The position numbers were made by a program, and so were the translations under genes. DNA of 27,766 nt, taken from positions 1 through 27,766 of IMG/VR virus record IMGVR_UViG_3300049135_000200; one strand, given 5' to 3'. Positions 1 to 7,747 of the stretch are shown here, piece after piece (the first letter of the stretch is position 1; every line of letters starts with the position of its first letter). Source of the DNA: a virus (taxonomy: Duplodnaviria > Caudoviricetes). The notes under the pieces are model-generated. The model saw only the letters and a program-made list of their open reading frames with translations, had not been told where the DNA came from and searched no databases.

Positions 1-609
1 ATGACCGACTACAAGATGCCGCCGCTGCGGCGCAACGGAAACACCAGCACGCTGGCCCGGCCGCACGTGTTCCCGCTCCCGGACGACACCGTCGCCGACG
101 AGCCGCAGCCACAGGTCACCCCGCCCGCGCAGCCCGAAGAGCTGGAGAACGAGACCCGCAAGGGCGCACTGGCCAAGGTCAGCGACTGGAGCCGAAGCGC
201 CATCGCCAGAGAGTCCCGCCGGGCCGCCAAGTCGCGTGGCGTCTGGGGCGAGCACCCGCCGTCCCTGTCGATGCTGCACCAGTGGATCAAAGTCAGTGAC
301 TGGTACTGCAGCGAGGCGGGCCTGAAGAAGGCACTCGCCTGGATCGACGGCCACCTGGTGGTCATGCCGATCACCGCGCTGCTGTACGGCGCCGCGTGGA
401 GCCTGCACCTGCTGGTGAGGCGCGGCCTCTGGCATGACGCCCCGCCGCCGCTGTCGGCCCTGCTGGAGGTGAGCGGCGCCCGCCGATGGCTGCTGCCGCT
501 GGTCCTTCCGATCACCGCGCTGCTGTACATCGCCACCTGGATCTGGCAGCGCCCCCTGCGGCGGCTGGTGGCCGCCGTGCTCGCCACCATCATCCACCTC
601 TACCTGTAG
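1..609 (+). CDS. Membrane protein with internal duplication (probable transfer/spread accessory)
   Basis: 202 aa ORF with GC3-biased codons and hydrophobic segments; PITALLY occurs twice. The stop overlaps the RBS of the next gene (TAGGAG). Confidence 0.8.
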   Translation: MTDYKMPPLRRNGNTSTLARPHVFPLPDDTVADEPQPQVTPPAQPEELENETRKGALAKVSDWSRSAIARESRRAAKSRGVWGEHPPSLSMLHQWIKVSDWYCSEAGLKKALAWIDGHLVVMPITALLYGAAWSLHLLVRRGLWHDAPPPLSALLEVSGARRWLLPLVLPITALLYIATWIWQRPLRRLVAAVLATIIHLYL

Positions 610-618
610 GAGACGGCC

Positions 619-1542
619 ATGCCGATGATCCTGCTCGCATTGGTTATCTCCTGGGCCCTGGTGCGGGCCGCCGAGGAGACCTGGGGTCACGCCAAAGTCG
701 CGACAGCCACGGCCCGCACCAAGCTCGACCAGACAGTCCGTGACCGCATCAAGGCCAAGCACTGGATTCCCGGCCGCACGAAGGGCACCTGGTGGCCCTT
801 CGTGGGCTTCACCAGCCTCTGGCTGACCGGCAAGACGCTCAAGCACGGATGGGGCGTCTCCAAGGCCGTCGGCCGGGGAGTGCGCAAGGGCGCCAAGGAA
901 GGCCGTCGGCGCTACGCCGAAGGCAAGGCCGTCCGCGACGCCGAGCAGGGCCGCAAGTGGTCCTGGGAAGAGTGGGCCGACTACCTGGACGACGTGTCCA
1001 AGCAGCCCACCCGAGGCCACGCCGAGCGCGTCGACGAGACGCCCGAGGCCAGCCCGGAGCCGGAGCCCGCCAAGCCGACCGGCGAGCCCGAAGACATCGT
1101 CGAGGCAGAAGTGATCGACACGCCTCACGAGACGGCGGACGAGCCCCAGACGCCGCCCGCCACAGAGCCGCTCCCCGCCCTGGAGAGCGGCGAGACCCCG
1201 GCCACGACCGGGACTGACACAACAGGAGAGATCATGACCCAGGCCATTTCCGGCGAGGCCACCAACCTGGCCGCCGCCCGCGCCGTCGCCGCCTGCATCG
1301 AGTCGACGATCGCGGACAGCGCGAACACCGTCGAGCAGATGATGGGCGACCTCAGCTCCCAGGGCGTCGGCGACGGGACCATCGCCCGCTTCTACGGCGT
1401 AATGGAAGCCCTGCACAACACCCGCGCGCTGGCCTCGGCCGCCGCGCAGGGCATGGAGGACGACCACGCCCAGGTCGAGGAGATCATCCAGGCCAAGTCC
1501 GACGTCGTCGCCAGCAACACCGCGTTCTACCAGGGCGGCTGA
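619..1542 (+). CDS. Membrane-anchored transfer accessory protein (TraA-like position) with acidic Pro-rich linker and helical C-terminal domain
   Basis: AGGAG RBS, N-terminal hydrophobic helix, P/E/T-rich linker, about 100 aa helical C-terminus ending AFYQGG, directly upstream of the FtsK-like gene. Confidence 0.8.
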   Translation: MPMILLALVISWALVRAAEETWGHAKVATATARTKLDQTVRDRIKAKHWIPGRTKGTWWPFVGFTSLWLTGKTLKHGWGVSKAVGRGVRKGAKEGRRRYAEGKAVRDAEQGRKWSWEEWADYLDDVSKQPTRGHAERVDETPEASPEPEPAKPTGEPEDIVEAEVIDTPHETADEPQTPPATEPLPALESGETPATTGTDTTGEIMTQAISGEATNLAAARAVAACIESTIADSANTVEQMMGDLSSQGVGDGTIARFYGVMEALHNTRALASAAAQGMEDDHAQVEEIIQAKSDVVASNTAFYQGG

Positions 1543-1550
1543 ACCGCTCA

Positions 1551-1585
1551 CCGGGCCTCGCATCGTGCGGGGCCCGGCCTGTTTT
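1551..1585 (+). terminator. Hairpin (possible terminator or attenuator) upstream of the traB-like gene
   Basis: CCGGGCCTCGCA-TCG-TGCGGGGCCCGG forms a 12 bp stem with one G-U pair, followed by CCTGTTTT. Confidence 0.45.
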
Positions 1586-1618
1586 CCCCACTACGAGACC
1601 CCGGAGGGGGTGCCCCAG

Positions 1619-3502
1619 ATGACCTGCAAGAGCCATGAGACCGACGCCCCCGGCACCGGGGAGAAGAAGAGCATCAGCCTGGCCGAGGTGACCCGCGAGG
1701 TCCGCAAGGACATCGTCCGGGGCTACCACGTGACTCGCCGCTACCGCTATTCGCTGGCCCCGCTGGTCACCATGGGCAGCCTGGCCGGTTCCGGCGCCCT
1801 CGCCACCGCCTTCAACGCCCCGTCGCTGGCCATGGCCGCAGGGACGGTAGCGGTCGGTGGGATCGGCGCTGTCGTCGCCCGCCAAAAGCTGGCCGCGACC
1901 ACGCGCCGCTGGTGGGCCGGAGCCGTGACCTGCTGCTCCGCCGCCTGGCTGGGCACCGTCGCCGCAACCGGGATGGCCGAGCCGATGCCTGGCCTGCTGG
2001 CCCTCGGCACCGCCGTACTGGGCGGCCCGTGGTGGTATCACTACCGCAACCGGCTTCGCCTGCCGCAGGCCGTACAGCCCGTGGCCGCTCCCGTGGCGAC
2101 GTTCGCTCCTGAGGTCGCCGTGGCGGTGACCGACCCGATTTGGGACAACAAGGTGGTCGCGGCCAGCGGCCCGCTGGCGGGCGCGATGTCCGACGGCTGG
2201 ACCAGCATCGAGAACGGCCGCACGACCGGAGTCTGGCTTCCCGACAACGCGAAGATCCTCACCGACGCCGCCATCGGCATGACCATGCCGATCACGCAGC
2301 TGTACCGCAAGTGCATCGGTGAAGTCATGATCGAGCGGCACGAGGACCGGCGCGAGGGCCACATCCAGGTGACGGTGTTCGACCAGCCGCCGCTCATGCA
2401 GGACATCCCGTGGAAGGGGCCGCAGCTCGATCGGGAGACGGGCATCTTCCCGATCGGAACCTACGCCGACGGCCGGGGCCAGGCGATGGTTCGCCTGTAC
2501 AACCGGGACCGCTACGGGGTCTATCACACGCTCGTATCCGGCGGCACCGGCTCCGGCAAGTCCATCGTGCTGAGCACGCTCATCGCCGAGATCGAGCACT
2601 CCGGCCTGGGCGTGACCTGGATCATCGACCCGCAGGGTGGCCAGTCGCTTCCCGAGTGGATGAGCTCCGACAAGATCGACAAGAAGGCCAGGACCGCCGA
2701 GGAAGCCTTCGAGCTGATCCGCGCCGCCGAGGCGGTCATGCACGCCAACTCCAACTACCTCAGCAACGTGAAGTGGGTCGACGAGGACGGAGATGAGCAG
2801 GTCGGCAAGGGCTGGTTCGAGCCGACCCCGGAGATGCCGTTCCTGGCGGTGGTGATCGACGAGGCGCACGTCCTTCTGCAGGACAAGGACTTCGCGGCGA
2901 TCGTCGCAAGGATCGCCAAGATGGGTCGCAAGGCGGGCGTCATGCTGATCTTGGCCACTCAGTCGGTCAACCAGGACGAGTTCGGCGCGGGCAGGGAGGG
3001 CGCTGCGATCCGTGACAACGTCGGCATGGGCAACCAGATCGTGCTGCGCACCAAGAGCAAGATGACCTCGGCGATGCTGTCCCTCCCGATCGACCCGGTC
3101 AAGCTGCCCGAGCCGCCCGGCTTCGGCTTCGCCATCGGCCCCGTCTCCCCACGGCGGGTCATGATGCGCGCGGTCTACAGCAAGAAGCTCGCCAAGTGGG
3201 CCAAGGCCGCACCGGGCACGCGCCTTCACCGGTTCGCCCAGGAAGCCGCCACGCGGTCCGATGGCAAGGCGGCCAGCTCTTCTGGCAAGACGCTGGAGGA
3301 GCGGATCGTGGATCACCTGTCGCTGTCCGCCAGCGCCGTGACGCCGGGGGAGCTGGTGGTGGCCGGACTGCACTCCTCGTGGACCGCGATCCAGAACGCA
3401 CTCGCCAATCTGGAGCGCCAGGGCGTCGTCTCGCGCGACGGCCAGAAGTTCCGGATCGAGCTGCAGGACCACATGCTCGCCCGGCTGAACGACTCCCGGT
3501 AA
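1619..3502 (+). CDS. traB: FtsK/SpoIIIE-family DNA translocase, TraB-like conjugative transfer protein
   Basis: N-terminal TM helices, Walker A GGTGSGKS, Walker B VVIDEAH, GRKAGVMLILATQ motif, C-terminal winged-helix-like segment. ATG at 1619 follows a GGAGGGGG RBS and is preferred over GTG 1565. Confidence 0.85.
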   Translation: MTCKSHETDAPGTGEKKSISLAEVTREVRKDIVRGYHVTRRYRYSLAPLVTMGSLAGSGALATAFNAPSLAMAAGTVAVGGIGAVVARQKLAATTRRWWAGAVTCCSAAWLGTVAATGMAEPMPGLLALGTAVLGGPWWYHYRNRLRLPQAVQPVAAPVATFAPEVAVAVTDPIWDNKVVAASGPLAGAMSDGWTSIENGRTTGVWLPDNAKILTDAAIGMTMPITQLYRKCIGEVMIERHEDRREGHIQVTVFDQPPLMQDIPWKGPQLDRETGIFPIGTYADGRGQAMVRLYNRDRYGVYHTLVSGGTGSGKSIVLSTLIAEIEHSGLGVTWIIDPQGGQSLPEWMSSDKIDKKARTAEEAFELIRAAEAVMHANSNYLSNVKWVDEDGDEQVGKGWFEPTPEMPFLAVVIDEAHVLLQDKDFAAIVARIAKMGRKAGVMLILATQSVNQDEFGAGREGAAIRDNVGMGNQIVLRTKSKMTSAMLSLPIDPVKLPEPPGFGFAIGPVSPRRVMMRAVYSKKLAKWAKAAPGTRLHRFAQEAATRSDGKAASSSGKTLEERIVDHLSLSASAVTPGELVVAGLHSSWTAIQNALANLERQGVVSRDGQKFRIELQDHMLARLNDSR

Positions 3503-3599
3503 GAGCACGCTCCGTAGCTGCCTCTCATGAGACTCGCATCGCCCGTGAGAGCCAGCGAACCCCCTGAGGGCCGAATCCGAGCCCCCCTACGCGGAGGCA

Positions 3600-3617
3600 C
3601 GCGCGCGTACGCGCGCG
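3600..3617. repeat. Perfect 18 bp palindrome CGCGCGCGTACGCGCGCG
   Basis: Read directly; intergenic, downstream of the traB-like gene. Confidence 0.85.
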
Positions 3618-3697
3618 AGGGTAGCGCCCAGCGAGAGTCTGCGCAACCCGCGAACTGACTACCGACTGTGACTAACGACCATGAAGGAGAAGCCCCC

Positions 3698-4726
3698 ATG
3701 ACCACCCCAAAGCGCCATAAGAAGATCACAGGAAAGATCGGCACGATGCTCGCTGTGAGCGGCGTGGCTGGCTTGGGTGTCTCCATAGGCGCCTTCGTCC
3801 TGTCCTTTGACGCCATCAAGGCCGTTGCCGAGGCCGCTCATGTTTCTGAGTCAATCTCCTGGCTGATGCCGGTATCCGTGGACGGCGCCATGACGGTAGC
3901 CACCATGGCGGCGATGTCCCTGGAGGTGCTCGGCAAGAAGAAGCTCTGGTATCCGGGGTTCGTCTTCGTGGCCTGCTTGGTCATCTCGCTTCTCTGCAAC
4001 GCCCTGCACTCGGCGAAGAGCAAGACCGTCGGAGTGGGCGAGGCGGCCAAGAACGTCGTCGAGTTGGAACCGCTCTATGCGGCCCTTGTCTCGGCCATCC
4101 CAGCCATCGCGTTGGCGCTCACCCTTCACTTGTTGATCATGATGATTCAAGCCGTCGGCGACTACCTCAGTGAGGGCAGTGAAGACCTCACTGGGGCCTC
4201 GCCAAAGGTCGCCAGTGAGGCTCCGGAGGGCAAGATCAGTGAACCCGCCGAAGCCGCTCCAGTGAACCTCGCGGCGACCTCACTGACTGCCTCACTGGCG
4301 ACGCCCCCCGGAGCTGTCAGTGAACCCTCACTGGCCCGCTCCAGTGAACCCTCACTGGCACCCTCACTGGCCCGCTCCAGTGAACCCAGTGAACCCCTCA
4401 CCGGTGAACCCAGTGAGGCCACGCCAGTGAGGCCCCCGGCGTCCTCCAGTGAGCCCCCGGCGAAGCCCGTCCGCAAGCCTTCCCGCCCGGCGGCCAAGCC
4501 CGCCAAGGCTCGCCAGGAAGCCGCCTCCGGCAAGATCGATATCACGGCCATGGGCGACTCCGACCTGCTGGAACTGCTGGCGCGGGACTTCGCTGCCGAC
4601 GAGCTGTCGGCCAACAAGATTCGCCTTCGGTACAGCATCGGCACCGACAAAGCGAAGGTCATCTACGACCGCTGGAAGACCCTCACTGACATCACCGACG
4701 AGCAGCTTGCGGCCGTCGGCGAGTGA
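3698..4726 (+). CDS. DUF2637/SpdB2-like membrane protein with Pro/Ser-rich linker and C-terminal HTH
   Basis: Four hydrophobic segments with AFVLSFDAI, WLMPVSVDG, SLLCNALH and VSAIPAIAL motifs typical of DUF2637. ATG at 3698 follows AAGGAGA. The C-terminus contains LSANKIRLRYSIGTDKAKVI. Confidence 0.8.
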   Translation: MTTPKRHKKITGKIGTMLAVSGVAGLGVSIGAFVLSFDAIKAVAEAAHVSESISWLMPVSVDGAMTVATMAAMSLEVLGKKKLWYPGFVFVACLVISLLCNALHSAKSKTVGVGEAAKNVVELEPLYAALVSAIPAIALALTLHLLIMMIQAVGDYLSEGSEDLTGASPKVASEAPEGKISEPAEAAPVNLAATSLTASLATPPGAVSEPSLARSSEPSLAPSLARSSEPSEPLTGEPSEATPVRPPASSSEPPAKPVRKPSRPAAKPAKARQEAASGKIDITAMGDSDLLELLARDFAADELSANKIRLRYSIGTDKAKVIYDRWKTLTDITDEQLAAVGE

Positions 4727-4940
4727 AGTCAGTGAACCCTCACCGGCTTCACCCAGTGGGGGGTTCACTGACACCCTCACTGGGTGCCTCACTGGAGCAC
4801 TCAGTGAGGCGCATCCAGTGAACCAGTGAACCCTCACCGGGGCTCACTCAGTGAGGGGTTCGGTGAACCTGAAAATCAAGATCACAGTGAACCTCGTGCA
4901 AGATCACAGTGAGGACACGCCAAGCAAGATCAGTGAACCT
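4166..4940. repeat. Dense array of CAGTGA/TCACTG motifs (unit CAGTGAACCCTCACTG)
   Basis: About 30 exact hexamer copies by manual count in both orientations, in two clusters (4166-4455 coding; 4681-4940 mostly non-coding), plus CGGTGA/TCACCG variants. Confidence 0.95.
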
Positions 4941-4954
4941 CTGGAAGGACGCCC

Positions 4955-5353
4955 ATGAACCCGCTCCCCTTACACAAGCTCGCGCTCATCTCCGCCGGAT
5001 TCGCCGTCGCTGGGTACGCCATGGCGTTTCCCTTCGACGACCCCGTTCACGAATGGGGAATCTGGGCGGTCATCGTCCTCGCACCCAGCTTCGGCGTCAT
5101 TATCGGCTGGCGGGTGCATCGCGACCGAGGCGGCCCGCTGGGCCAAAGCCTGATTCTTCACCTCGTGGCCCTAGCCCTGTGGGTCCTGGGCGCTCTCACC
5201 ATTGCCCGTAACAGCGTCGCCTTCATTGGGCACCTCGTCCCCATCGACACCTTCTACGACGGACTCGCCACGGCTCTCATGGTCGTCGCCCCCCTCCTGA
5301 CGATGGCGCTGCTGATCGTGGATGCGATCCGGATGGGCGAGCCGCTCAACTGA
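4955..5353 (+). CDS. Small four-TM membrane protein of unknown function
   Basis: GAAGGA RBS; 132 aa with four hydrophobic stretches; followed by a terminator. Confidence 0.75.
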   Translation: MNPLPLHKLALISAGFAVAGYAMAFPFDDPVHEWGIWAVIVLAPSFGVIIGWRVHRDRGGPLGQSLILHLVALALWVLGALTIARNSVAFIGHLVPIDTFYDGLATALMVVAPLLTMALLIVDAIRMGEPLN

Positions 5354-5382
5354 CCAAGGTTCGCCGATCGCCCCGAAAGATC

Positions 5383-5431
5383 AAAGCCCCCGGTTCCGAC
5401 CTCTCCGACGAGGTTGGAACCGGGGGCTTTT
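5383..5431. terminator. Strong, probably bidirectional intrinsic terminator
   Basis: AAAGCCCCCGGTTCCGACCTC-TCCGAC-GAGGTTGGAACCGGGGGCTTTT, a 21 bp stem between convergent blocks. Confidence 0.85.
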
Positions 5432-5868
5432 GCATGTCTGCGATCAGATGGCGTGATCATGGAAAATCGAGGCCCTGAGATGGCCGTAGACGGACGAACG
5501 GCAGGTGGGCGGTATGGCGGGATGGGTCCCACAGAGCGGCCCTCACAGGCCAGTACAGCGATTGTGCCTCTGACCTGCGTAAACACGGAGGGAGGGGCTC
5601 GACTCGGTCAGAACCAAGATCGAACCCCTCCCATGGCGCCGGGGCATGACCACCCCCACGGGGACTTCACCCGGCGCGGCACGGGGCGGGGGCCGCCGCA
5701 CATATGATCAAGGTTACGGCTCAGCGGGCGGCCGTGTCGCGGCCTTCGATCTCAGTGTCCGATCAAGGCAGTGGCACCGGTGAGCGCGTGCCTCCCACTG
5801 CGACGACAGGGTGAACACCGCGACGAACCCGGCCGCCATGCGCCACCCCAGACAGCGGATGCGCTCGA

Positions 5869-6882
5869 TCACAAGCCCACGTTCCTCATCGCGTTGTCCT
5901 TCCAGCGATCTACCGCCCGGATGTAGCCCAGCACCACGGGCGAGTTAGGGTTCCATCGCCCGTGCTTGGCGATCACCGAAACCGGGATCCCGGCCGCGTA
6001 CGCCACGGTGGCGCCGCCCGCGCGCAGCGAGTGAGCGGTGTATGTGTCGGCGTTGGGCACCTCGGCGTCCTTGGCGAGCTGGCGAACGATGTCGTTGACG
6101 GCCTTGGCGCCGAGCGACGGCAGGATATTGCCGTGGCGGTCCACCGAGCGCAGCAGGCGGCCGTCGGTGATGCCCTCGGCGGCCAGGGCGGCCAGCCAGT
6201 CGCGCCAACAGGCCACCGGGTCGGTCAGCGGGTGCGTGCCACGCGGGATGGCGATGACCTCGCCCTTGCTCTCCTTGTCCGTCTTGGACGACCTGATGCG
6301 CACCTCCAGGCCCTCGGCGGCCTCGGCGACGTCGGCCAGGGTGAGTGCGACCAGCTCGGAGCGGCGGCCCATGAGGGCGAGCCCGAGCACCAAGACCAGG
6401 CGGTTTCGCACTCCAATGCGGGTGTTCAGGTCGCACGTGCCGATCATGGCGCGCAGGTGCTCGACGATGACCGGCGTGGACGCGCGCTGACCGCCCTTAC
6501 CGTCGTCGGCGCGCTCGCGCTTGTATGAGCGCAGCACGGCCCGCGCGGCGGCCGTCTCGGGGTGGCCGCCGAACCCCGCGACACGGTGGTTAGTGCGAAT
6601 GGTCGCCACAGCTTGCTCGATGCTGGCGGGCGCCAGGCCCCGGTCGCACAGGACGCGGACGTACTCGGCGAGCGTCTGCGGAGTGGCCGGGAGGTAGGTA
6701 CGGCCGCGCTCGGAGCACCAGGCGGTGAACTCGCTCCACTGGCGAGAGTAGGCGCGGCGGGTGTTGGCCGGGACGCCGTCATAGATGCGGGCGCGCGTGG
6801 CCTCGCTGACGGTCAGATCGGCGTCGGTGTGGATCACTGGGGGTCGGTCGGGGATGCGCTCCAGGGCGCCCTCACTGGCCAC
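5869..6882 (-). CDS. Cre-like tyrosine recombinase
   Basis: SAM-like N-terminus (NTRRAYSRQWSEFTAWC, PATPQTLAEY), catalytic R (GRRSEL), K (SKTD), HSLR, HGRW with Trp as in Cre, and Tyr (GYIR). No arm-binding domain apparent. Confidence 0.92.
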   Translation of the reverse strand: MASEGALERIPDRPPVIHTDADLTVSEATRARIYDGVPANTRRAYSRQWSEFTAWCSERGRTYLPATPQTLAEYVRVLCDRGLAPASIEQAVATIRTNHRVAGFGGHPETAAARAVLRSYKRERADDGKGGQRASTPVIVEHLRAMIGTCDLNTRIGVRNRLVLVLGLALMGRRSELVALTLADVAEAAEGLEVRIRSSKTDKESKGEVIAIPRGTHPLTDPVACWRDWLAALAAEGITDGRLLRSVDRHGNILPSLGAKAVNDIVRQLAKDAEVPNADTYTAHSLRAGGATVAYAAGIPVSVIAKHGRWNPNSPVVLGYIRAVDRWKDNAMRNVGL

Positions 6883-6894
6883 TCTGGCCTCATT

Positions 6895-6931
6895 TCTGGG
6901 GGACGATAACTTAATCTTATCGTACGTCAGA
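6895..6931. promoter_or_regulatory. lox/res-like recombination site overlapping the likely recombinase promoter
   Basis: TCTG-GGGG-ACGATAA-CTTAATC-TTATCGT-ACGT-CAGA: inverted arms around a 7 bp asymmetric AT-rich spacer, 13 bp upstream of the start codon. Confidence 0.7.
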
Positions 6932-6960
6932 GTTCTGTGTGAGGGAGTGCCAGGAACGCG

Positions 6961-7008
6961 AAAGAACCCCCGCCGCCCCCGGGGGGCCGGAGAGCGGCGA
7001 GGGCGTTC
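6961..7008 (-). terminator. Intrinsic terminator ending the structural operon
   Basis: Minus strand CCCTCGCCGCTCTCCGG...CCGGGGGCGGCGGGGG followed by TTCTTT, just after the last tail gene. Confidence 0.7.
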
Positions 7009-7036
7009 GTGTCTCTCGCTGGTTCAGCAAAACGGG

Positions 7037-7747
7037 TCAGAAGGCCGGGACGCCCCACCCCGAAAATCCAGAGGCGGCCGGGGCGACGGTCACGAGCGGA
7101 CGCGACGCCCGGCGGTTCCCCCAACTGACCGGTGGGCCGTCCTCCTTCGTGGCCCCGGTGCCGCCGGACAGGGTGGCTCCGCTTCCGCTGTAGTCCACCG
7201 CCTCCGGGGACATCAGGGGGTACCAGGCGCGCAGGCCGCTGGTCCTGTTGGGGACGTGCGTCCACGCCTCCTGCTGAAGCTCCGCCACGCTGAGGGTCGC
7301 GCCCCACCACTTAAACCCGGCCATGCACCCGTCGAGCCATTCGCCGCTGTAGATGGACCGGCCAAGCTGGAGCGTCTGGTGCACGATCGCGCCCTGGCTG
7401 GCGATGGCCACCGTCGTAAAACCGCTCGTCGGCGTGCAGTAGACGGCGCTGCCGGTCGCCCCGTTCATCGTGATCCCGACGAAGTACCAGGTGCCCACCG
7501 TCATGTTGACGATCGGGACGGCCGTGAAGCTTGCCGAGGTGATGAACTCAAGGTTCGTGCCAGTGTTGGACGTCTGGAGGATGGAGAAAACGTCGCCACC
7601 GGCGGCGTCGCCCAGGCACCAGGCCGATTGCCAGGTGTTGCGGTCGGAGGTGAGCTTGATCCAGCAAGCCACCGAGTAGGCCGACTGAGACCCGAGCGCC
7701 ACCACGCGGTTGTAGGTCTGGGCCTCGGCGGCGAAGCGGACCGCCAT
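7037..7747 (-). CDS. LamG/concanavalin A-like domain virion protein (candidate receptor binding)
   Basis: YSVACWIK, GTWYFVGIT, LQLGRS, WLDGCMAGFKWWGATLSVAEL and LRAWYPL motifs typical of LamG-like jelly rolls. Confidence 0.8.
   Translation of the reverse strand: MAVRFAAEAQTYNRVVALGSQSAYSVACWIKLTSDRNTWQSAWCLGDAAGGDVFSILQTSNTGTNLEFITSASFTAVPIVNMTVGTWYFVGITMNGATGSAVYCTPTSGFTTVAIASQGAIVHQTLQLGRSIYSGEWLDGCMAGFKWWGATLSVAELQQEAWTHVPNRTSGLRAWYPLMSPEAVDYSGSGATLSGGTGATKEDGPPVSWGNRRASRPLVTVAPAASGFSGWGVPAF

Larger units (their letters stand above)
1..5430 (+). mobile_element. Actinomycete plasmid/AICE-type TraB transfer and spread module
   Basis: Membrane proteins, an FtsK/SpoIIIE ATPase with C-terminal wHTH, a DUF2637/SpdB2-like protein and a short-repeat array, closed by a strong terminator. 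Confidence 0.75.

Noticed and set aside
1619-3502. Chromosomal ftsK or type VII secretion EccC
   Set aside because: A single ATPase domain with TM N-terminus and wHTH in a mobile context fits TraB; no other T7SS core genes are present.
1484-3508. 674 aa antisense ORF, and similar long ORFs such as 6785-8296, 15164-16951, 16792-18444 and 22202-23365
   Set aside because: Shadow or alternate-frame ORFs expected in high-GC DNA; they overlap well-supported genes and have no motifs.
4166-4940. CRISPR array
   Set aside because: Repeats are 6-16 bp, in both orientations and irregularly spaced, with no unique spacers or cas genes.
5414-5707. 97 aa ORF in the junction
   Set aside because: Starts inside the terminator stem, with no RBS or coding bias evident.
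6869-6880. Lone CCCTCACTGGCC copy at the recombinase start, matching the array unit
   Set aside because: A single short match may be chance; insufficient to claim a regulatory link.
5869-6882. Classical phage integrase with attP
   Set aside because: Cre-like signature without an arm-binding domain, and no tRNA fragment or att duplication seen; integration cannot be fully excluded.
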